Shown: positions 27,668 through 35,403 of the stretch, in pieces
Layout: each line of letters begins with the position of its first letter
How positions within the stretch are numbered: position 1 is the stretch's first letter
Source: Alphaproteobacteria bacterium
GTDB lineage: Bacteria > Pseudomonadota > Alphaproteobacteria > MPNO01
DNA: 64,000 bases
Reading direction: 5' to 3'
NCBI GenBank assembly: GCA_964291675.2
Contig: OZ219866.1
Location: forward strand, 224,001-288,000
Position numbers and translations under genes: made by a program
The notes under the pieces: generated by a model
What the model was told of the DNA's origin: nothing
The model's input: only the letters and a program-made list of their open reading frames with translations
The model's database searches: none

Positions 27668-29224
27668 ATGCACGAGCTCGACTACGCCCATTTCCACCCG
27701 GCCTCGGAGCGCGAGGCCCAGTTCATCCGCGACACCATCTGGAAGGCCGACAATGTCGAGCTGACCACGGTCGGCGTGGACGTGGGGTCGTCCACCTCGC
27801 ATCTGATGTTCGCCCGGGTGCATTTGCAGCGCCTGTCGGAGGCGCTGTCGAGCCGCTTCGTCGTCGTCGCGCGCGACGTACTGTGGCGCTCGCCGATCCT
27901 GCTCACCCCCTACCGGTCGGACTACACGATCGACGCGGACGCGCTGAAGACGTTCTTCGAGGGCGCGTTCGACGCCGCCGAGCTCAGCCCCGACGACATC
28001 GACTCCGGCGCGGTGATCCTCACCGGCGAGGCGCTCAAGCGGGTCAACGCACGCGCCATCGCCGATCTGTTCGCCGAGGAGAGCGGCAAGTTCGTCTGCG
28101 CGTCGGCCGGCCACAACCTCGAATCGGTGATGGCGGCGCACGGCTCCGGCGCGGTCCGGCTGTCCAAGACCGAGGACAAGGCGTTCCTCAACGTCGATAT
28201 CGGCGGCGGCACCACCAAGTTCGCGCTGTGCCGGGGGGGCGAGATCGTCTCGACCGCGGCGGTCGCGGTGGGCGGGCGGCTGCTCGCGCATGACGCGGAC
28301 GGCGCGCTGGTCCGAATCGAGGGCCCGGCGCTCGAGATCGCCCGCGACATCGGTATCTCGCTCGTCCCGGGCGCCGTGCTCGAGGCCGGCGACCGGCGGG
28401 CGCTGGTGCGCCGCATGGTCGACGTGCTGGTGGGCGTCATCCGCCAGGAGCAGCCGGATCCGCTCGCCCGCGGCCTCATGGTGACGGCGCCGCTCGCGGC
28501 CGCGCCCCGTCCCGAGGTGATCGCGTTCTCCGGCGGGGTCTCGGAATACGTCTACGAGCGCGAGGACGCGGCGCATGGCGATCTCGGCAAGTCGCTCGCC
28601 CACCACCTCCACCACGCGCTCACCGCGGAGCGCATCCCCTACCCGGTCTACGACCCGGGCCAGGGGATCCGCGCCACCGTGGTCGGCGCCTCGCAGTTCT
28701 CGGTCCAGGTCTCGGGCAACACCATCATGGTGTCGGACGAGGCGGCGCTGCCGCTGCGCAACGTGCCGGTGGTTCGCATCCGCGCCGACCTTTCGGGCGA
28801 CATCGACCCGGCCGTCGTCGCGGCCGAGATCGGCGCCGCGCTGATGCGCAACGACATCGACCCGAAGGAGACCAATGTCGCGCTCGCCTTCCGCTGGCAG
28901 GGGCTGCCGCTGCACGGCCGGCTGCACGACCTTGCCAGCGGGCTGTGCGCCGGGCTCGCCGGCGGGCTCGCCGAGAAGCGGCCCATCGTGCTGATGATGG
29001 AGGGCGATACCGGGCGCACGATCGGCCACATCCTCAAGGACGAGTTCGACGTCGGCGTCGACATCGTCTCGGTGGACGGGGTCGAGCTGAAGGATCTCGA
29101 CTATGTCGATATCGGCGCGATGATCCACCCGACCGAGGTGGTGCCGCTGATCATCAAGTCGCTGCTGTTCTCCACCCCCGATGCCAGCGCCGCCGCCTCC
29201 GCCGCCTCGCATGTCGCGGCGTGA
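27668..29224 (+). CDS. EutA-like actin-fold ATPase (ethanolamine ammonia-lyase reactivase family)
   Basis: VGVDVGSSTS, GAVILTGEA, FVCASAGHNLESVMAAHGSGA, NVDIGGGTT, FSGGV, IRATVVGASQ, DYVDIG, IKSLLF. Confidence 0.85.
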   Translation: MHELDYAHFHPASEREAQFIRDTIWKADNVELTTVGVDVGSSTSHLMFARVHLQRLSEALSSRFVVVARDVLWRSPILLTPYRSDYTIDADALKTFFEGAFDAAELSPDDIDSGAVILTGEALKRVNARAIADLFAEESGKFVCASAGHNLESVMAAHGSGAVRLSKTEDKAFLNVDIGGGTTKFALCRGGEIVSTAAVAVGGRLLAHDADGALVRIEGPALEIARDIGISLVPGAVLEAGDRRALVRRMVDVLVGVIRQEQPDPLARGLMVTAPLAAAPRPEVIAFSGGVSEYVYEREDAAHGDLGKSLAHHLHHALTAERIPYPVYDPGQGIRATVVGASQFSVQVSGNTIMVSDEAALPLRNVPVVRIRADLSGDIDPAVVAAEIGAALMRNDIDPKETNVALAFRWQGLPLHGRLHDLASGLCAGLAGGLAEKRPIVLMMEGDTGRTIGHILKDEFDVGVDIVSVDGVELKDLDYVDIGAMIHPTEVVPLIIKSLLFSTPDASAAASAASHVAA

Positions 29225-29266
29225 CCGGGCGAATTGGCCGTTCCAGCAGTCGGAGAGAGGCCGATA

Positions 29267-29491
29267 ATGAGCAAATGGATCGCCCGCACGCTTGCGCTCG
29301 CCGCCATGGCCGCGCCCGGAACCGCGCTCGCCCATCACGGCGGCCCGGCCGATATCGCGGTCGGCATCGGTGCCGGTGCGGTGGCCATCGCCATCGTGGC
29401 CGGCCTTCTCGGAGTCCGGCTCCGGCGCGGGCGCGGGCGCGTCCAGGCGCATCTAACCCGACCGGCAGCGCGTCCCTCGATACGGCGCTGA
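29267..29491 (+). CDS. Small membrane protein (signal peptide, HH, one TM helix, basic tail)
   Basis: GGAGAGAGG RBS; MSKWIARTLALAAMAAPGTALA|HHGG...; stop lies inside a REP-B copy. Confidence 0.6.
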   Translation: MSKWIARTLALAAMAAPGTALAHHGGPADIAVGIGAGAVAIAIVAGLLGVRLRRGRGRVQAHLTRPAARPSIRR

Positions 29492-29578
29492 CGCGCCTAC
29501 TCGGGATGAGGGGAAGGTCTTGGGCCACCCACCACCCACCCCTCATCCTGAGTAGCGGCGAAGCCGCGTATCGAAGGG
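29472..29578. repeat. REP-B inverted doublet
   Basis: Same consensus as 13846..13980. Confidence 0.8.
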
Positions 29579-29605
29579 CCGGCGCACCGGCAGCCTGACC
29601 GCCCG

Positions 29606-30796
29606 ATGACGGCGACCGCCACGGCGCTCCGCCGCGAGGTCCGCGCCGTCGGGCTGATCTCGGCGGCGCATTTTCTCAGCCACTTCTACCAGCTCGCTTT
29701 GCCGCCGCTGTTTCTCGCCATCCACGGCGATCTCGGCATCAGCTTCATCGCGCTGGGCTCGACGGTGGCGGCCTACAACATCGCCACCGCGGTGTTGCAG
29801 ACGCCGATCGGCTTCCTGGTCGACCGGATCGGCGCGCGCGGCGTGCTGATCGCCGGGCTCGCGGTCAATGCGGCGGCGATCGCGGCCGTCGGCTTCGCCG
29901 GGTCGTTCTGGGCGATCATGGCGGCGATGATCGTCGCCGGGGCCGGCAACGCGGTGTTCCACCCGGCCGATTTCGCGCTGTTGTCGTCCTCGGTCGACGA
30001 CCGCAGGCTGGGGCGCGCGTTCAGCGTCCATTCGCTCGCGGGCTCGCTCGGCTTCGCGGCGGCGCCGGTCTTCGTGCTGTTCCTCGCGAGCCTGTGGGAC
30101 TGGCGCACCGCGCTGGTCGCCGCGGGCGTGGCCGGGCTCGCGCTCGCCGCCGTCATGCCTGCGTTCTCGGCCGCGGTGCGCGACGACCGGCCGCGCGAGA
30201 GAAAGCGCGGCGGCGCCGACTGGACCCTGCTGCTCGACCGGACGATCCTCTCCTTCTTCGGCTTCTACGTGCTGTCGGCGGCGGCGGGCGCCGGGATCAG
30301 CGGCTTCTCGGTCGTCGCCTTCATCGCCATCTACGGCGTCACCCCGGAGCTCGCGGGCGGGCTGCTGACCGCGTTCTACCTGCTGACCGGTCTCGGCGTC
30401 GCCGCCGGCGGCATCGTCGCCGACCGGTCGCTGCGCCCCGACGCGGTGCTCGGAATCTGCTACGCCGCGGCGGCCGCGGCGCTGATCGCCGTCGCCACCG
30501 GGGCGCTCGCTTTCTGGCTGGTCGCCGCCGCGTTCGGCCTCGCCGGCGTGTTCCGCGGCATCGTCAACCCGAGCCGCGACGTGCTGTTGAAGCGGCTGAC
30601 CCCGGCGGGCGCCATCGGCGCCGTGTTCGGCTTCGTGACCACCGGCTTCAGCGTCGGGCTGGGGACGGCGCCGGTGCTCTATGGCTGGATGATGGATCTC
30701 GGGCGGCCGGACGCGGTGTTCTGGATCGCCGCCGGCTTCACCGTGCTCACCATCGGCATCGTCTTCGTCGCGCGCCGGCCGGTCCCGGCCGGTTGA
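29606..30796 (+). CDS. MFS transporter
   Basis: AHFLSHFY, GFLVDRIG, GNAVFHPA; ~12 hydrophobic segments. Confidence 0.92.
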   Translation: MTATATALRREVRAVGLISAAHFLSHFYQLALPPLFLAIHGDLGISFIALGSTVAAYNIATAVLQTPIGFLVDRIGARGVLIAGLAVNAAAIAAVGFAGSFWAIMAAMIVAGAGNAVFHPADFALLSSSVDDRRLGRAFSVHSLAGSLGFAAAPVFVLFLASLWDWRTALVAAGVAGLALAAVMPAFSAAVRDDRPRERKRGGADWTLLLDRTILSFFGFYVLSAAAGAGISGFSVVAFIAIYGVTPELAGGLLTAFYLLTGLGVAAGGIVADRSLRPDAVLGICYAAAAAALIAVATGALAFWLVAAAFGLAGVFRGIVNPSRDVLLKRLTPAGAIGAVFGFVTTGFSVGLGTAPVLYGWMMDLGRPDAVFWIAAGFTVLTIGIVFVARRPVPAG

Positions 30797-30846
30797 CAGC
30801 CGCGCGCCCCGGCCCGCCATAATCGTCCGATACGGGGAGACGCGGC

Positions 30847-31827
30847 ATGGCCGAGCTCGAACTCACGATCGCGCTGGAGCGCTACGACCGGCACGTCCCC
30901 TTCTTCATGGGGCTGGTCGAGCCGCCCGAGGGGGTGCGGCTCAAGCCGCTCGAGGTCGGCATGGCGCCGCCCCGGCGCGACGGGGTGGACCGCCACCGCC
31001 GCTTCCTCGAACACGGCGAGTTCGACATCGCCGAGACCTCGCTGTCCTCGCACGTGATCGCCACCGCCCGCGGCGCGCCCTTCGTCGGCATCCCGGTGTT
31101 CCCGCGCCGGCTGTTCTCGCAGAACCACATCTTCGTCAACGCGGATTCGGGAATCGAAGAACCGCGTGACCTGATCGGCCGGCGGGTGATCCTGCGCACC
31201 TTCCAGACGACGATGTCGGTGCTGGCGCTGGGCGACCTCAAATTCGAGTACGGCGTGCCGTGGGACGCGGTGCGCTGGGTCGTCGCCGACGACGAGGTGC
31301 TGCCGCTCGGCGACGAGAAGGGGATCGAAATCGAGCGCATCTCCCTCGACGAGGATGTCGGGCGCATGCTGGTCGAGGGCGAGGCGGATGCGATGATCCA
31401 CCCGCACCCGCCGCCCGCCGTGCTGGAAGCCGGCGACAGGGTGCGCACGCTGTTCCCCGACCGGCGGGCCGAATCGATGGCCTATTTCGCCAGGCACGGC
31501 TACTACCCGATCATGCACCTGATGGCGGTGCGCAAGCCGCTGATCGACGAGCATCCCTGGCTCGCGCGCTGCGTGATGTCGCTGTGGGAGGACGCCAAGG
31601 CGCAGACCCGCGCGTTCTACGAGGACCCGGGCTGGTCCACGCTGGCGTTCGCGCGCAACGAGTTCGAGGACCAGCTCGCCGCGCTCGGCGCCGATCCCTG
31701 GCCGTCCGGCATCGCCGCCAACCGCAGCAACCTCGAACGCTTCATCGCCTACTCCCACGACCAGCGGCTGATCGACGCGCCGATCCCGGTCGACAGCCTG
31801 TTCCACGACTCGACCCGGGACAGCTAG
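30847..31827 (+). CDS. 4,5-dihydroxyphthalate decarboxylase-like protein (periplasmic-binding-protein fold, no signal peptide)
   Basis: YDRH, FDIAETSLSS, IPVFPRRLF, YPIMHL, DPWPSGIAANR. Confidence 0.75.
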   Translation: MAELELTIALERYDRHVPFFMGLVEPPEGVRLKPLEVGMAPPRRDGVDRHRRFLEHGEFDIAETSLSSHVIATARGAPFVGIPVFPRRLFSQNHIFVNADSGIEEPRDLIGRRVILRTFQTTMSVLALGDLKFEYGVPWDAVRWVVADDEVLPLGDEKGIEIERISLDEDVGRMLVEGEADAMIHPHPPPAVLEAGDRVRTLFPDRRAESMAYFARHGYYPIMHLMAVRKPLIDEHPWLARCVMSLWEDAKAQTRAFYEDPGWSTLAFARNEFEDQLAALGADPWPSGIAANRSNLERFIAYSHDQRLIDAPIPVDSLFHDSTRDS

Positions 31828-32076
31828 TGTCCCGTCTCCGAAGTCCGTGTGCTCTCACGCGCTCACCCCGCCCCGTCATGGCCGGACTCGATCCGGTCAT
31901 CCATGCGGCCTCGCCGCACGCAGGGAGACGCGCCCGGAGGGATGGCGTTGGGGGCAGGCCCGACCCGGCGTTCGATGCACCGCCCATGGATGCCCGGATC
32001 AAGTCCGGGCATGACGGACTGGGCGAATGGATGGGGCGGAGAGAACAGCAAGCAATCCCGTGAAACGCGACACCAG
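31824..32076. mobile_element. CTAG-ended MITE-like element enclosing a REP-A doublet (31874..32015)
   Basis: Left CTAGTGTCCCGTCTCC; right TGAAACGCGACACCAG (imperfect IR). Confidence 0.55.
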
Positions 32077-32096
32077 ACCCGATGAGGAGACGCGAC

Positions 32097-32825
32097 ATGG
32101 CCGAGATTCCCGTTCCCTACAGCTATGACGGCCGCGATTTCGAAGGGATGCTGGTCTATGACGACCCGGTGGCCGAGCCGCGCCCGGCGATCCTGATGCA
32201 GCCGGACTGGCTCGGCGTCTCCCGCCACGGCATCGAGATCGCCAGGGATTTCGGCGGCTCGGACTATGTCGTGATGATGGCCGACATGTTCGGCGCGGGT
32301 TACGGCGAGCGGGAAAAGACCTTCGACGAGCTGCTGAAGATCTCGCGCGAGGTACGCGCCGACCTGCCGCATATCCTGGGCTGCGGCGCGGCGGCGGACC
32401 GGGCGATGACGGCGGAGGCCGAAGCGCGCGGCCTCGTCGCGCGGTCGGGCGTGCGCGGCATCGTCGGCTACTGCATCGGCGGCGGCTTCGCGCTGGAGCA
32501 GTCGCGCGCCGGCGCGGACTACGCCGGGACCGTGGCGTTTCACGTCACCCTGCCCCAGCCGGTCGACGAGGACGCCAGGCCGGACTTCAAGGGGCCGGTG
32601 CTGATCTTTCACGGCGCGGCCGATCCCGTCACGCCGCGCGAGATGATCGACACGCTGGAGGCGGAGCTCACCGAGGCGGGCATCGACTGGCAGGTGATGA
32701 TGTACGGCCATGCCAGCCACTCGTTCTGCGACATCGGCATGTTCAACGAGCTGCAGCGCTACGACGAGAAGCTGACCCGGCAGTCCTACGAGATGACGCG
32801 CTACTTCTTCTCCGGCCTGCTGTGA
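32097..32825 (+). CDS. Dienelactone hydrolase family
   Basis: GYCIGG nucleophile, HGAADP, HSF. Confidence 0.9.
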   Translation: MAEIPVPYSYDGRDFEGMLVYDDPVAEPRPAILMQPDWLGVSRHGIEIARDFGGSDYVVMMADMFGAGYGEREKTFDELLKISREVRADLPHILGCGAAADRAMTAEAEARGLVARSGVRGIVGYCIGGGFALEQSRAGADYAGTVAFHVTLPQPVDEDARPDFKGPVLIFHGAADPVTPREMIDTLEAELTEAGIDWQVMMYGHASHSFCDIGMFNELQRYDEKLTRQSYEMTRYFFSGLL

Positions 32826-32838
32826 GCGGGCCCGCCGG

Positions 32839-33918
32839 TCACTCCGCCGCCGCGAGCCGGTCGCCTTGGTCGGCGAAGCCGGGCGCGACCTCCTCCATAA
32901 AACGCTGCATCTCGTCCTTGACCCGCTCATGCGGCTTGAGGCCGACATTGAAGTAGAGGATCACCTCGGCGAAGCCCGCCTCCTCGACCTTCTTCAGGGT
33001 CTCGCCGATCGCCGATGCGTCGCCCACCAGGATCGACTTGTCGGTCAGGCCGTCGGGCGTCATCGCCTTCATGTTCTTCACCATGTCGACGAAGTAGCGG
33101 TAGGTCGGCGGCGCCGTCTTCGGGTCCTGCGGCAGGGCGTCGATGCAGCATTCCTGGAAGTAGCGCACCTGGCTGGTGCGCGCGGCGAGGTCCTCCTCCG
33201 GGCTGTCGGCGAAATGCGCGAAATAGCTGCAGATCAGCCGCCCGGGCGGGTTGCCGGCCTCGGCGCAGGCGTCGCGGTAGATCGCGGCCATCTCGGCGAG
33301 CCCGCCGAACTGCATCGCCGCGGCGAAGGGCGCGACGACGACGTTGTGGCCGAGCCGGGCGGCGAGCTCGATCGAGGGGCGCGAGAAGCACGCGACATAG
33401 ATCGGCGGCGGCGTCTGCACCGGCCTGGGAGTGATGGCGACGTTCTCGAAGTCGTAGAACCGGCCCTTGTGGGTGATCGGCTCGGGCTCGGTCCACAGGC
33501 GATGGAGCACGTCGAGCCCTTCGGCGAAGGCCGCCGTGTTGTCCTCGTAGGGCGCCTTCAGCGGTCCGTATTCGCGCTTGTCGTAGCCCCGGCCGGTGGC
33601 GAAGTCGACCCGGCCCCCGCTCAACAGGTCGAGCGTCGCCCACTGCTCGGCGACGCGGATCGGATGGTGCAATGGCAGCACGTTGACGGCCGGCGCGAGA
33701 CGGACCCGCTCGGTCACGGCGGCGACGTATCCGAGCACGATATCGGGGCAGGACAAGACGCCGAGCGTCGAGAAATGGTGCTCGCCGATCCACACCGAGT
33801 GCATGCCCACCCGCTCGGCATGGATCGCCTCCGCCGCGATGTCGCGGATATAGTCGTTGGCGCTCCGCCGGTTGCCGACATAGTGGTTGTCGCTGAGCGT
33901 GAAGTAGCCGAATTTCAT
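32839..33918 (-). CDS. LLM-class flavin-dependent oxidoreductase
   Basis: WIGEHHF, HPIRVAEQWATLDLLSGGR, PRPVQTPPP. Confidence 0.92.
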   Translation of the reverse strand: MKFGYFTLSDNHYVGNRRSANDYIRDIAAEAIHAERVGMHSVWIGEHHFSTLGVLSCPDIVLGYVAAVTERVRLAPAVNVLPLHHPIRVAEQWATLDLLSGGRVDFATGRGYDKREYGPLKAPYEDNTAAFAEGLDVLHRLWTEPEPITHKGRFYDFENVAITPRPVQTPPPIYVACFSRPSIELAARLGHNVVVAPFAAAMQFGGLAEMAAIYRDACAEAGNPPGRLICSYFAHFADSPEEDLAARTSQVRYFQECCIDALPQDPKTAPPTYRYFVDMVKNMKAMTPDGLTDKSILVGDASAIGETLKKVEEAGFAEVILYFNVGLKPHERVKDEMQRFMEEVAPGFADQGDRLAAAE

Positions 33919-33936
33919 GACCCTTCCCCCGGCGGC

Positions 33937-34161
33937 TCAGCCGCCTTTCCTGATCGCGATGCGAAACACCCCGCCATCCTCCGAGGCCTCCAGAAAAGCG
34001 TGCGAGGCGGCCTCGCAGAACGCGCGGAAATCCTCGACCGCGGCGGGATCGGTGGCGAGCACCAGGAGCTCCTGCCCCGGGTCGAGCGCCTTGATCGCCT
34101 TCCTCGCGCGCAGCACCGGGAGCGGGCATTTGAGCCCCGTCGCGTCCAGACGCTGCGCCAT
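33937..34161 (-). CDS. tusA: TusA/SirA family sulfur carrier
   Basis: LDATGLKCPLPVL, ATDP. Confidence 0.88.
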   Translation of the reverse strand: MAQRLDATGLKCPLPVLRARKAIKALDPGQELLVLATDPAAVEDFRAFCEAASHAFLEASEDGGVFRIAIRKGG

Positions 34162-34185
34162 TCCGCCTCCCTCGGAGCCTGCGAT

Positions 34186-34259
34186 TGGCTGGGGCGCCAG
34201 GAATCGAACCTGGGATCACGGGATCAAAACCCGTTGCCTTACCGCTTGGCTACGCCCCA
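34186..34259 (-). tRNA. tRNA-Gln(UUG)
   Basis: TGGGGCGTAGCCAAGCGGTAAGGCAACGGGTTTTGATCCCGTGATCCCAGGTTCGATTCCTGGCGCCCCAGCCA; full cloverleaf, CCA encoded. Confidence 0.97.
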
Positions 34260-34320
34260 CCGGCAGACCGGAGGCACCATAGGTTCAATGATTCGGGCCC
34301 GCAATATCGCTCACCCCGGG

Positions 34321-35235
34321 CTATGACGCGTGCAGCCGTGTCGAGCGCACCCACCAGCGCGGCCGGGCGGCGGCGATTCGGGCGGCAGCCCGGTCGGCGC
34401 GGTGCTGCGTGGGAAACAGCCCGAAACAGGTCGGCCCGCTGCCCGAGAGGCGCGCGAGCAGGCAGGAGGGAGAGGTCTCGATCGCGTGCAGGACCGCGTC
34501 GATGTCCGGGCAGAGACGCCGGGCGCCGGGGGCGAGATCGTTGCCGGTATCGCGCAGCGCCGCGGCGAGCGCCGGGGCGTCGGGGAGCACGGCATCGAAC
34601 CGCCGCGGCTTCGAGAACGGACCCTCGCGGGCCGCGAATACCGCGGCGGTCGCAAGCGGCACCGCCGGGTTGACCAGCAGGATGGGGGCGGCGGGCAAAG
34701 CGGGCGCCGCCTCGATCCGCTCGCCGATGCCGCGCATCATGCCGGGCCGCGCCGCCAGACAGACCGGCACGTCGGCGCCGAGACGAAGGGCGAGCGCGGC
34801 GAGCGCGTCGCCCGGCAGCGTCACGTCCCAGAGCGCAGCGAGGGCGCGCAGGACGGCCGCGGCATCGGCCGATCCGCCGCCCAGCCCGGCGGCCACGGGA
34901 AGCGCCTTGTGGAGCCGGATGCGGGCAGTGGGCGCGATGCCCGCCGCCGCCGCCAGCGCCTTCGCCGCCCCGACCGCCAGATTCTCCGCCCCCCGATCGA
35001 GCTTCGCGGCGAACGGCCCGTCGATCTCGAATTGTAGGCGTTCGGCGAGCCGAACCTCGATGCGGTCGCAGATCGCCGCGAAGGCGACGAGGCTCTCGAT
35101 CTCGTGGTAGCCGTCGCCGCGGCGGCCGGTGACGTGGAGGAACAGATTGACCTTCGCCGGCGCGTCGACCCGAACGCCGGACCCGGCCGCCGTCGGGGAC
35201 GGTTCGACGGATCCCGCCACCGGGCTAGCCCGCAT
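34321..35235 (-). CDS. ispE: 4-diphosphocytidyl-2-C-methyl-D-erythritol kinase
   Basis: APAKVNLFLH, GYHEIES, PVAAGLGGGSADAA, LGADVP, LSGSG. Confidence 0.96.
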   Translation of the reverse strand: MRASPVAGSVEPSPTAAGSGVRVDAPAKVNLFLHVTGRRGDGYHEIESLVAFAAICDRIEVRLAERLQFEIDGPFAAKLDRGAENLAVGAAKALAAAAGIAPTARIRLHKALPVAAGLGGGSADAAAVLRALAALWDVTLPGDALAALALRLGADVPVCLAARPGMMRGIGERIEAAPALPAAPILLVNPAVPLATAAVFAAREGPFSKPRRFDAVLPDAPALAAALRDTGNDLAPGARRLCPDIDAVLHAIETSPSCLLARLSGSGPTCFGLFPTQHRADRAAARIAAARPRWWVRSTRLHAS

Positions 35236-35403
35236 GTCTCGCCCCTGTCACGGCCTGCGTCGCGCCCGGGCGTTCGTCCCGCCAGGAGCGGGCCGAAGAG
35301 CGTAGCGATGCCTACGGTTGAGGCCCGCGACGCCGCGGGCGGGTGCCCGGGCGCGACCCTCCGGGCGGCGCAGGCCATGACAGAGGTGAGACATGCGGGC
35401 TAG
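35225..35403. mobile_element. CTAG-ended MITE-like element (family C), 35-bp terminal inverted repeats
   Basis: CTAGCCCGCATGTCTCGCCCCTGTCACGGCCTGCG vs reverse complement of right end CTAGCCCGCATGTCTCACCTCTGTCATGGCCTGCG (3 mismatches). Confidence 0.75.

Noticed and set aside
26267-29452. 1061-aa minus-strand ORF and similar long antisense ORFs (e.g. 55631..58303, 17733..19991)
   Set aside because: Stop-poor shadows of real genes in high-GC DNA, with no recognisable motifs
30793-30823. TTGACA...CATAAT promoter before the decarboxylase-like gene
   Set aside because: 19-nt spacer is non-optimal and the -35 overlaps the MFS stop; plausible but unsupported
34186-34259. tRNA-anchored genomic island
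   Set aside because: No integrase, and I found no duplicated tRNA 3' end by eye
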